DNA of 64,000 nucleotides from an uncultured Bacteroidota bacterium (GTDB lineage: Bacteria; Bacteroidota; Bacteroidia; JABEUT01): positions 2,585 to 66,584 of the forward strand of contig CAVYDB010000047.1 of NCBI GenBank assembly GCA_963767125.1, in the 5' to 3' direction. Under the pieces are notes generated by a model that worked only from the letters and a program-made list of their open reading frames with translations, was not told where the DNA came from and did not search any database. Positions 46,831 to 56,805 of the stretch are shown here, one piece after another (positions within the stretch are counted from its first letter, which is position 1; the number at the start of each line of letters is the position of its first letter). The translations under genes were made by a program, and so were the position numbers.

Positions 46831-47607
46831 TTACCCCTCAAAACTAACCAGTACATTATCCCCTTCCTTCAATCCCAATAACTCCGACACATTTCCCCTG
46901 TTTATAGCAATTTCAAGCAAGCCTGATCCGGTGAAAAGTGCTACTAATTCTCCTCCGCTCACATCATTGTAAGAAGTAGAAATAGTTTCTATGGGGTTTC
47001 GTTTTACTTCAATAGAGAATTTTCTGCCCTTACCTACATGCTCAAACAGGGCTTTCTCCGTATTAAAAATGCAGTTTCCATATTCGTCAACATATACTAC
47101 AGAGGTGCGTATGGAATTATCGTTATAAATAGGTTGCCATGCAGTAAGCTGTACGTAATTTTTATAAGGGCTTCCTATTTCAGTTATACTGCCACCTTTC
47201 GCAATATGAACCGCCGCTTTTGCCATTGTATCTTTAGCATTAAATGCAAGGGAATCAGGATTGGGGAGAATAGTTATTTCAACAACATCGGCAGGTGTAG
47301 TATTAAATACAAGACTGAATAACCCATTATCAGGTCCTATAAAATATTGCCCCTCTGTTTTAATTGCTAAAACTCTTGAATCGGGGCTATTCAGCGCATC
47401 AACTGCTACAATATGGATAGTTCCTTCGGGAAATTGTTTGTAAACATTCTTGATGATAAATGCTGCTGAACTGACATGAAAAGGGCGGATAGAATGTGTA
47501 ATATCTACAATGGTTGCATCTGATAAACCGGAAAGAATAGCTGCTTTTACGCTGGCTACGTAAAAACCCGAATTCCCTAAATCAGTTGTCAAGGTTATTA
47601 CTCGCAT
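46831..47607 (-). CDS. SAM hydrolase/halogenase family protein (DUF62)
   Basis: ITLTTDLG, VDITH, IGPDNGLFS, YVDEYGN, LEIAINRG. Confidence 0.92.
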   Translation of the reverse strand: MRVITLTTDLGNSGFYVASVKAAILSGLSDATIVDITHSIRPFHVSSAAFIIKNVYKQFPEGTIHIVAVDALNSPDSRVLAIKTEGQYFIGPDNGLFSLVFNTTPADVVEITILPNPDSLAFNAKDTMAKAAVHIAKGGSITEIGSPYKNYVQLTAWQPIYNDNSIRTSVVYVDEYGNCIFNTEKALFEHVGKGRKFSIEVKRNPIETISTSYNDVSGGELVALFTGSGLLEIAINRGNVSELLGLKEGDNVLVSFEG

Positions 47608-47675
47608 ATTAACTCAGCATTAAAAAGTATGTTTTTCAAAAAAAGTTATACTGCGGAAATTGTTAAAATCTTTTC

Positions 47676-48698
<1,023 letters not shown>

Positions 48699-48921
48699 AA
48701 TAGTAAAAACTTCATTCATAATAGGTACTTAAAGGTTGTGTGAAGTAGTATCAAATATATTGTAGTGTGCGTCTGGATGAACTATCCGGGACAGCGGTAC
48801 TTAGGCCTCTATTACGATGTGTTCCTCTTAATCCGCACTAAAAAATAATCTCAAACATGACGGAAAAGGGTCTGGCGCATAAGCCAGGAAGGTCAGCGTT
48901 GGTGCCCCGAAGAAATAGTTC

Positions 48922-48955
48922 ACAACAAAAATCCCCTGACCTTGCGACCAGGGGA
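48922..48955 (-). terminator. Intrinsic terminator of the yceI-like gene
   Basis: Minus strand TCCCCTGGTC-GCAA-GGTCAGGGGA-TTTTTGTTGT: 10-bp stem, GNRA loop, U tract. Confidence 0.85.
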
Positions 48956-48978
48956 CCAAAAACTCACTTCTTATCAAA

Positions 48979-49518
48979 TTATTCAGCTGTAAACTCCACG
49001 TTCACATTTATCTTTACTTCTTCACCAAGAACTACGGTAGGAACATTTGGCGCCAACATAAAATCAGCACGTTTTAGTTCACCTCTCACCTTAAACCCGG
49101 CAATAGGGTGACCTTTAAAAGGATGTTTAACAGCATTACCCGTAACATCCAAGTTGATGTTTTTAGTAACTCCGTTAAAGGTCAGGTCACCATTCAGTTT
49201 GTACAATTTATCGGCAGCTTTTACAAAAGATTTACTTTTGAAAAGTATTTGAGGATTCTTCTCGGCATGAAAAAAATCTTCATTTTTTAAGTGTCCGTCC
49301 CTCATTTCATTGGCGGTATCAATGCTATTTACATCCGCAGTAACTTCAATTTCTGCACCCGAAAAATCTTCCCCCGGGTTGGTAAGTTTAATATCAAAGG
49401 TTTTAAAAGAACCTTCAATTTCCGATATAAGCATATGGTTTATACTAAAACCGATTTTTGCATGAGCTTTATCTAAATTCCAGGCACTGGGCTTTGTTTC
49501 CTTTTCTGTTGTTTCCAT
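48979..49518 (-). CDS. YceI family protein (no signal peptide)
   Basis: WNLDKAH, RDGHLKNEDFF, GDLTFNGVTK. Confidence 0.93.
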   Translation of the reverse strand: METTEKETKPSAWNLDKAHAKIGFSINHMLISEIEGSFKTFDIKLTNPGEDFSGAEIEVTADVNSIDTANEMRDGHLKNEDFFHAEKNPQILFKSKSFVKAADKLYKLNGDLTFNGVTKNINLDVTGNAVKHPFKGHPIAGFKVRGELKRADFMLAPNVPTVVLGEEVKINVNVEFTAE

Positions 49519-49681
49519 TTTTTGTTTTTTATTTGATTATTTATTTTGATGACGCAAAGATAAACTATAGTGAGTATATAAAAGTTACCACTATACAAAA
49601 AGATACCGGTATCCTATAGTATATCACCTATCATATTGGCAAATGACCTATCTTTGCAATGCGAATATCATACTCCATAAA

Positions 49682-50077
49682 ATGCCCACCGTTTTAGAAA
49701 AAGAAATAAAGAAAAAGAACAATGCCTTGCTCCCTGCTGCTCAGCATAGCGAATGTAAGAAAAACCTTTTACCGGTGAAGGATGCCTTGGATATCCTAAG
49801 CGGTAAATGGAAAATTCCTATTATCATTGCCCTTACATTTGACAAAAAACGTTTTAAAGAAATGCAGAGGGAAATAGAGGGCATTACTCCCAAGATGCTG
49901 TCAAAAGAATTAAAAGAACTGGAGTTAAATCAATTAGTAAAACGCACCGTTTACGATACCGTGCCTGTTACCGTGGAGTATGCCCTTACCACTTATGGCA
50001 AATCCCTCCATAGGGTGATTGTAGAATTGCGGACATGGGGGCTGCAGCACCGTAAACGAGTATTGTCTAAAAGCTAA
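49682..50077 (+). CDS. HxlR-family winged-helix regulator (start moved from 49643 to 49682)
   Basis: LSGKWKIPII, ITPKMLSKELKELE, VEYALT; TATCTTTG promoter motif at 49649-49656 precedes ATG 49682. Confidence 0.9.
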   Translation: MPTVLEKEIKKKNNALLPAAQHSECKKNLLPVKDALDILSGKWKIPIIIALTFDKKRFKEMQREIEGITPKMLSKELKELELNQLVKRTVYDTVPVTVEYALTTYGKSLHRVIVELRTWGLQHRKRVLSKS

Positions 50078-50088
50078 ATCTTTTCAAT

Positions 50089-50466
50089 ATGAAATCTATT
50101 TATACTAAAAATGTACCTGAGCCAATTGGTCCATATAGCCAGGCAGTGCAGGCGGGCAATTTCGTTTTTGTTTCCGGTCAAGTAGGTAAAGATCCTGCAA
50201 GCGGGTCTATGAGAACCGAAAGCATAAAAGCCGAAGCTACGCAGGTAATGGCGAATATAAAAAACATACTTGAAACCGCAGGGCTTACTATGGCAAATAT
50301 TGCTAAGACTACTATCTTTCTCAGTAATATGGATGACTTCGCTCAAGTGAACGAAATTTATAGCTCCTTCTTTACCGGGAATTATCCTGCCCGCGAAACG
50401 GTGCAGGTATCCCGTTTACCACTGAACGCCAATATTGAGATTTCAGTTATTGCTTTTTCAGAATAG
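50089..50466 (+). CDS. ridA: RidA/YjgF reactive-intermediate deaminase
   Basis: PIGPYSQA, FVSGQ, YPARETVQVSRLP, IEISVIA. Confidence 0.9.
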   Translation: MKSIYTKNVPEPIGPYSQAVQAGNFVFVSGQVGKDPASGSMRTESIKAEATQVMANIKNILETAGLTMANIAKTTIFLSNMDDFAQVNEIYSSFFTGNYPARETVQVSRLPLNANIEISVIAFSE

Positions 50467-50467
50467 A

Positions 50468-52216
50468 TTAAAATTTATGCCTGCCCCAGGCGCTGTAAGC
50501 CTCTTTTTGTGCAGGTGTAACATTCTGCATTTTTACAACAAAGTACGATGGAAAAAATTCGGTATCGTCTTCTGTTTTTACGGTAACATATCTCCTGAAA
50601 TTCTGCGACACCAAAGCTAATTTCACTTCTTCTTTTCCATAATAAGCGCACCAGTCATGAAAATTATTTTTCAATGAATGTTCGTGTACTAAAACTATTT
50701 CATCATTCATACAAATACCTGCCTCTTCAGCCGGAGAGCCCGGTGCCACAGCCGTTACTTTATATTTATCGTCTTCTTCGGCAACCTTCATACCCCAGTA
50801 ACGTTCACAGTGTTTTTTTGATGGCGATGTTTGCATCTTCAGACCAATATATTCCAATGCCTCGTCCAATGGCTGGTCAAGGTCAGCGGCTTTATTTACA
50901 TAATTGTCAAAAATATATTTGCACGATTGTCCCGCTACCTGCTTAATAACATCCCAATAGTCAGTTTCGCTGTAGGGCTTGCCCTTCATAGCGAAATCGT
51001 GGTACAGGCTTCTCATCACATTGTCGAGAGATTTACTATTAGATGTATGGTTCCTGATAAAAACATCAACAATAAACGCAAGCAAAGCCCCTTCAGTATA
51101 GATAGAGACCCTACGATATGGTGCGCCCTGGTTATATCCATCCAGCCAGGTATCAAAAGAAGAATCGGCAACACCGAGGTTATATCGTCCATAGTTGTCA
51201 AAATGCTTTTGTATTTGCTGCTGGACTTCTTTCACATAATCAAACTCAGAAAATATTCCGGAACGGAATAAGAGATAATCTCCATAATAATCAGTCACAC
51301 CCTCATAAACATACCCGAGCCTTGAATAATTTTCCTTCGTATAATCGTAAGGAAACATTTCTACCGGGCGAATAGCTTTAATATTCCAGGAGTGGAAAAA
51401 TTCGTGGCATGAAATCCCCAGGAAACTATTATACTGTTCATACTTCATCAGGTTATATGATGGGCCAACAGCTATTACGGTAGATGCAAGATGCTCAACC
51501 CCATGGCGAAATTTATAGGGCAGGGCATGGAATAAAAAATGGTATTCATCTACCGGGCTGCCATCCATCATTTGAATTTGCTCGTTGATGAAAACGAAAA
51601 AATCATGTTTTATTTTTTCCCAATTAGGTTTCACTTCCCCCTGAAACCAGATGTGTACCTTTAATTTATCTACCTGTATAGTTTCAAGTTGTAGGGTAAG
51701 GCTGGCTATCAGGGGGCTGTCTGCAAACTCATCATAGTTGGCCGCTGAAAGAGAGTAGCAGCTATGGGTCTCTATATTTTCAGCTTCACTCATTTGCATA
51801 GAGGTGGCAATTCTGTATGCCGTTGGAAGCATTATCTCCATTGACACGGGCTCATTTCGCAGTTCCGGTACATACATACAGCAGTTTACCGGGTTCATAT
51901 AAAGCTGGCGGTCATCAAGATAAGTGGAGCCGGCATTCAGCAGGGCTGAATAGTAACTATAGTGGACATGTAATTCGTTGCAATTTACTGTTTCTACCAC
52001 CCATAAATCTTTGGTTAGTTTATGGAATATCAAGGGTTTTTCATTTTCGTCAGATGCCCTCCAGTTACGTACATTGCCCGAAAAGTTTCCTATCTCATAC
52101 CGTCCCGGTCTCCATGCGGGGCATTGCACATTGGTTTTCTCCCCTGAAACCTTGATTATTATTTCAATATCTATAAAATGCTGGTGGTGGCGTGAATAGG
52201 AAACTAAATACTTCAT
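50468..52216 (-). CDS. M61 family metallopeptidase with C-terminal PDZ domain
   Basis: WRPGRY, GVEH, HEFFHSWN, YEGVTDYY, PGSPAEEAG. Confidence 0.92.
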   Translation of the reverse strand: MKYLVSYSRHHQHFIDIEIIIKVSGEKTNVQCPAWRPGRYEIGNFSGNVRNWRASDENEKPLIFHKLTKDLWVVETVNCNELHVHYSYYSALLNAGSTYLDDRQLYMNPVNCCMYVPELRNEPVSMEIMLPTAYRIATSMQMSEAENIETHSCYSLSAANYDEFADSPLIASLTLQLETIQVDKLKVHIWFQGEVKPNWEKIKHDFFVFINEQIQMMDGSPVDEYHFLFHALPYKFRHGVEHLASTVIAVGPSYNLMKYEQYNSFLGISCHEFFHSWNIKAIRPVEMFPYDYTKENYSRLGYVYEGVTDYYGDYLLFRSGIFSEFDYVKEVQQQIQKHFDNYGRYNLGVADSSFDTWLDGYNQGAPYRRVSIYTEGALLAFIVDVFIRNHTSNSKSLDNVMRSLYHDFAMKGKPYSETDYWDVIKQVAGQSCKYIFDNYVNKAADLDQPLDEALEYIGLKMQTSPSKKHCERYWGMKVAEEDDKYKVTAVAPGSPAEEAGICMNDEIVLVHEHSLKNNFHDWCAYYGKEEVKLALVSQNFRRYVTVKTEDDTEFFPSYFVVKMQNVTPAQKEAYSAWGRHKF

Positions 52217-52396
52217 GGGTTCTTTTTGAAGGTCGCAAAGGTAAAAAATCAGGTGGAGGATAAATGAGTAGTTGTGAATGAAGAATGAAAAGTTAATAAC
52301 TATACGGAGGGAATATTAACCACAGTGAAATATAGCGTATCAATAAACCAGAGAGTAAATGGGCGGTTTAGGGGAATAGTTTAAAGTTCTCATTTA

Positions 52397-54451
52397 TCAC
52401 CTTCTGCCGAGACTGTCTTTTAACAGCTTAATATATTCTATCGAAACCGGGTATTGAGCATTAATAGCCATTTCAGCATATTTTAAAGCATTATCAAAGT
52501 CACGGATTCTTCGGTATGTTATAGATAAGTAATACATAGATTCGGAGTCATGCGGGGCTATTTGCAATGTGTGCATAAAATCGTTCATGGCAGGATTCAA
52601 ATCTCCTTTATAAAATTCAGATATACCCCTGAAATGGAAATAACCATACAGATTGGGATTGTTTTGTATAAGCCGGGTATAATAAGATATTGCACTGTCA
52701 TATTGTCCCGCTTTAAGGTACGTGAATGCCATATTCTGTAAAAGAGAAGTTGAGTTGGTGTCAAGGCGTAGCGCGCGTTTATAATCTTGCATCGCAAAGT
52801 CATACCTACCCATTTTTGAATAAACAATTCCTCTATCCATATAGGCAAGCTCATAGTTGTTGTCATCTTTTATAGCTTCAGTATAGCAATATAGTGCCGA
52901 ATCAAGTTTATTATTATTGCTCATTATGAGGCCTAAATTGCGGTATGGCTCGGCATAATGTACGGCTAACTTAATGGATTCCCTGAAATCGCTGCAAGCT
53001 TCATCCATATCACCATGATATAAATGGTAAACACCCAAATTATCATAAGCCACACTTATTCTACGTGGATATTTATTAATGACATCTGTCCATAGTGTTT
53101 CAGAATTATGCCATACATAAGTCCTCTGATAACAAAGAACAGCAAGAAATATGATATAAATTGAACCCATTGTTACAACTACTTTTCTTATCCAATCCCC
53201 CTTTTGTATCACATTATTGATAAAATAAGTGACGGGGAAAAATATCCCGAAATAACACATATATGTATATCTGTCCGCCAGAAAATAAGAGCCGGAACTT
53301 ATTATTTTGGAGAACATGACCATATTAAAAAAGTAAAATCCAAGTCCAAAAAGCGTTATTCTAAAATTATTATCTGCCGTTTCCCTTTCCAAGGTTTTAC
53401 CATGAAAGAAAGTACGACAGGAAAGATACAAGGGCGCAAAAACGACCAACAAAGCGATAAAGGGTGATACATAATAAATAAATGGTAAGTTTCCCAAGGC
53501 CCCGTCAAGTTCAGGATATGGATAGTATGCACTTTGGGGTGTTGGGATAAAAGCTTTCCATACATATATATCGAAACTATAAGTAGCGAATAAAAACCGT
53601 TGAAAAAAACTATATATATGGTTCTTTTCCATAGAACCCGACAGCTTTTCAGAATGGTACGTTGTAATGATACAAAGTACAGAAACCAATATAAATGGTA
53701 GTTTTTCAAGAAAAATATTTTTTAATGATATTATCCTGTCCCGTTTTAAAAGAATATCGAGGGCCAGTAATGAAAATGGGAACACAATGGCAACAGGTTT
53801 GGAAAGTTGCGATAGCAGGAAGCAAACAAAAACAAAACCCAACCACGAATACTTTTTTGTATTAGCACCGGTAAAACGAATATACGCCATCATCCCTGCG
53901 AAATAGAAGAATGTGTATAACTCATCTTTTCGCTCAGCAACCCAGGAAACAGATTCCACATGCATTGGGTGTACCGCAAAGGCAAGTGTGCAAAAAAATG
54001 CCATCCATTCCTTCCGTTTTATAATGCCGAACCCGTTTCTCTTCATCGCTTCCAACATCATAAGCGCAAGAAAGAACATAAGACACGAATTGAGTATATG
54101 GATTATGATATCGGTAAGATAATAGGACTGGGGCGCCACCCCCGAGAAATGATAATTAATAGCATAAGAAATGATGGTAATCGGGTTATAATAATCCCCC
54201 GTAACATCATGAAATAACATCATCTTCAGGTTAGCTGCAGAAAATGATTTAATAAAAGTATTTTGGGGTATAAACCTTTCATCATCCCAACTTACAAATT
54301 CATTGCCAAGGGAGTAGTGATAGCACCAAAAAGTAATAATAATTATACTCGCTAATAGAAAATACTTAAACCCGGGGAGATTATCCGGCTTTCTTGACGG
54401 AATGGCTTCCCCATTGAAAGGCTTATTATGTTTCAGATTTTTATCACCCAT
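52397..54451 (-). CDS. TMTC-like membrane glycosyltransferase with TPR tail
   Basis: WDD, YYNPIT, HPMHVESVSWVAERKD, LSKP, ADRYTY, W.NSETLW, multiple TPRs. Confidence 0.8.
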   Translation of the reverse strand: MGDKNLKHNKPFNGEAIPSRKPDNLPGFKYFLLASIIIITFWCYHYSLGNEFVSWDDERFIPQNTFIKSFSAANLKMMLFHDVTGDYYNPITIISYAINYHFSGVAPQSYYLTDIIIHILNSCLMFFLALMMLEAMKRNGFGIIKRKEWMAFFCTLAFAVHPMHVESVSWVAERKDELYTFFYFAGMMAYIRFTGANTKKYSWLGFVFVCFLLSQLSKPVAIVFPFSLLALDILLKRDRIISLKNIFLEKLPFILVSVLCIITTYHSEKLSGSMEKNHIYSFFQRFLFATYSFDIYVWKAFIPTPQSAYYPYPELDGALGNLPFIYYVSPFIALLVVFAPLYLSCRTFFHGKTLERETADNNFRITLFGLGFYFFNMVMFSKIISSGSYFLADRYTYMCYFGIFFPVTYFINNVIQKGDWIRKVVVTMGSIYIIFLAVLCYQRTYVWHNSETLWTDVINKYPRRISVAYDNLGVYHLYHGDMDEACSDFRESIKLAVHYAEPYRNLGLIMSNNNKLDSALYCYTEAIKDDNNYELAYMDRGIVYSKMGRYDFAMQDYKRALRLDTNSTSLLQNMAFTYLKAGQYDSAISYYTRLIQNNPNLYGYFHFRGISEFYKGDLNPAMNDFMHTLQIAPHDSESMYYLSITYRRIRDFDNALKYAEMAINAQYPVSIEYIKLLKDSLGRR

Positions 54452-54568
54452 TAAAAAACAAAATTACACGTTTTCGTAAAAGATTTATTAATTCACAGCC
54501 TTTCCCTGATTCCCTGCCAACATGCAAATGCAGAGCCTCCTGAGCAAAGAATATTGTGTCTTTATTTT

Positions 54569-54576
54569 TACCTTTG
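54569..54576 (+). promoter_or_regulatory. -7 promoter element TACCTTTG
   Basis: TAnnTTTG upstream of 54613. Confidence 0.55.
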
Positions 54577-54612
54577 CGATCCATTTATAAATTTCTACAT
54601 TCATTATCTTAA

Positions 54613-56517
54613 TTGGTGGTAAAGAAAACTATTAAACCTGTCAATCTTGTTTCGGCTAAAGTAAGACTATTATTTAATTTTCCTTTACGTACCAAATATA
54701 TATTCCTTGCCTCAATTGGATTTGTTTTCTATGCCAACAGCATACTAAATAAATATGCATTTGATGATGTGATGGCGATTGAGAAAAATGGGTACGTGCA
54801 AATGGGGTTCCGGGGCATACCTAAAATTCTGACTCATGATTCTTATGCTTCATTTTATAACTACTTGGGTGGAGGTCAGTCTGGGCAATTAAAAGGCGGC
54901 AGATTCCGTCCGTTGTCAGAAATTATATTTGCCATAGAACAGCAATTTTTTGGCAATTCCGAATTATTACCTTATTTCCGCCACCTTATAAATGTGCTGG
55001 CTTATATGGCTTGCATAATAGCAATATTTTACTTTCTCGAAAATTTCCTGCTAAAGGAAACAAAGCATGGAAGCGATATGGCATTTATGGCGTCACTATT
55101 GTTCGCTATTCACCCTTTGCATACCGAGGTTGTTGCTAATATTAAAAGCCTTGATGAGCTTTTATCTCTATTCTTTATTATGCTCACCTTAATATACAGC
55201 CTTAAATACTTGCAAAACAAACGAACCAAATATTTGATAATAGGGTTAGGCTCTTTCCTTTTTGCCCTACTCGCAAAGGAATATGCTTTGACATTAGTAT
55301 TCCTTATCCCGCTTTTATTTTATTTGCAGGGTGGTAAAAGGTCCGTTTTAACTATTGTTGATTCTCTGCCTTATTTTGCAGTAACTGTCGTTTATCTCCT
55401 TCTGCGTTATAATGCTATAGGTATCCATACCAACATTCAAAGTAATATTCTTTTAATTAACCCTTACCTACATGCTACCTCTGCACAAAAAATTGCAACG
55501 GAATGGTTTGTACTCGGAAAATATTTGAGATTACTGATATTTCCTTATCCGCTTTCATACGATTACTCTTATAACCAGATACCTTATCATACTTTTTCAG
55601 ATATAACAGTATTCCTTTCCATCGCAATTTATGCAACTATTTTTATTTGCGGAATTATTTTAGCGCGAAAAAAACACATACTTTCTTTTGCTGTTTTTTT
55701 CTTCTTGCTTCCAATTTTTCTTGTCTCCAATTTTGCAATAGATATTGGCGCTACTATGGGTGAACGCCTGGCTTTTCATTCATCATTGGGTTTAATAATT
55801 ATTCTTTCCTGGTATTGTGTTAAAGTAATTACAAATAATTCAGAAATATCGCTACAAACCAAAAAGCGAGTTGCAGCAGGTATTTTGTCAGTAATAGGGA
55901 TAGGGTGTTTTGGAGAAACCGTAATACGCAATATTCAATGGAAAGATGATACTTCACTTTTCATTCATGATGTGAATGTGGTACCTAATAGTTTTTTGGC
56001 AAATAACGATGCCGGATTCAGGTATATGTTGCTTTCTCAAAGAAAAGAAAATAGCGAAGAAACAACCAAATCCTACTTGGATTCAACAAGTAAATATTCG
56101 AGATGTGCTTTGTACTTTAACCCTCAATACGAAGCTTCCTATCTTATATTGGGTTATGTTTACTTTAAGCAAGGCTTAGCTGACAGTCTTAAATATTGTC
56201 TGGATATGGCTAAAAAACAAAATCCTAATTATCCTGGATTAGATTCAAATTATTTAGTACTTAGTCAACTATATTTGAATAAGGGTATTGATTTTGGTAA
56301 TAGCGGCAACCTCCATGAAAGCATCGTTTATATGAAGAAAGCCCTGTCAATTGATTCTACCAATCCGGAAATATGGTACAATGCAGGGGTAGCTTATTTT
56401 CGTACTCAACAATATGATTCTGCAAGGTATGCATTATACAGGACCTTACAATATAATCCCGGTAATATAGCCGCTCAAAAAGGCTTGCAGGCATTATCGC
56501 AAATGAAAACACAGTAG
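54613..56517 (+). CDS. TMTC-like membrane glycosyltransferase with TPR tail
   Basis: FDD, RFRPLS, HPLHTEVVANIKSLDE, LAKE, GERLAF, RNIQW, TPRs. Confidence 0.8.
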   Translation: MVVKKTIKPVNLVSAKVRLLFNFPLRTKYIFLASIGFVFYANSILNKYAFDDVMAIEKNGYVQMGFRGIPKILTHDSYASFYNYLGGGQSGQLKGGRFRPLSEIIFAIEQQFFGNSELLPYFRHLINVLAYMACIIAIFYFLENFLLKETKHGSDMAFMASLLFAIHPLHTEVVANIKSLDELLSLFFIMLTLIYSLKYLQNKRTKYLIIGLGSFLFALLAKEYALTLVFLIPLLFYLQGGKRSVLTIVDSLPYFAVTVVYLLLRYNAIGIHTNIQSNILLINPYLHATSAQKIATEWFVLGKYLRLLIFPYPLSYDYSYNQIPYHTFSDITVFLSIAIYATIFICGIILARKKHILSFAVFFFLLPIFLVSNFAIDIGATMGERLAFHSSLGLIIILSWYCVKVITNNSEISLQTKKRVAAGILSVIGIGCFGETVIRNIQWKDDTSLFIHDVNVVPNSFLANNDAGFRYMLLSQRKENSEETTKSYLDSTSKYSRCALYFNPQYEASYLILGYVYFKQGLADSLKYCLDMAKKQNPNYPGLDSNYLVLSQLYLNKGIDFGNSGNLHESIVYMKKALSIDSTNPEIWYNAGVAYFRTQQYDSARYALYRTLQYNPGNIAAQKGLQALSQMKTQ

Positions 56518-56805
56518 CCTAAAGGGATAAGGTCACCAGTACTGCAACCCTGCCCTAAGTATTTATCTTTTCTGATACTAAACTGCACAGTGATTGGCAC
56601 CAAGAAGGTAGAATTGAAAAAATAAAGAGTACGAGATAGTTTACCTTGCTGTAAATATCAACCCTGCTTATATCTACATCATGTTTCCATTTTATTATTT
56701 ATTCAAAATGTATTTGAATACCTCGTGGTGAAAATATTGAGACGCGAGAATGGCCTTCTTTTCATCAATGCAAATTTTGGTAATTTTGTACCAAATAATA
56801 TAACT

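Noticed and set aside
48766-48800. GTGCG start suggesting a group II intron 5' end
   Set aside because: No domain V/VI or RT ORF; the pentamer alone is uninformative
48857-49111. 84-aa ORF
   Set aside because: Spans the terminator and is antisense to yceI
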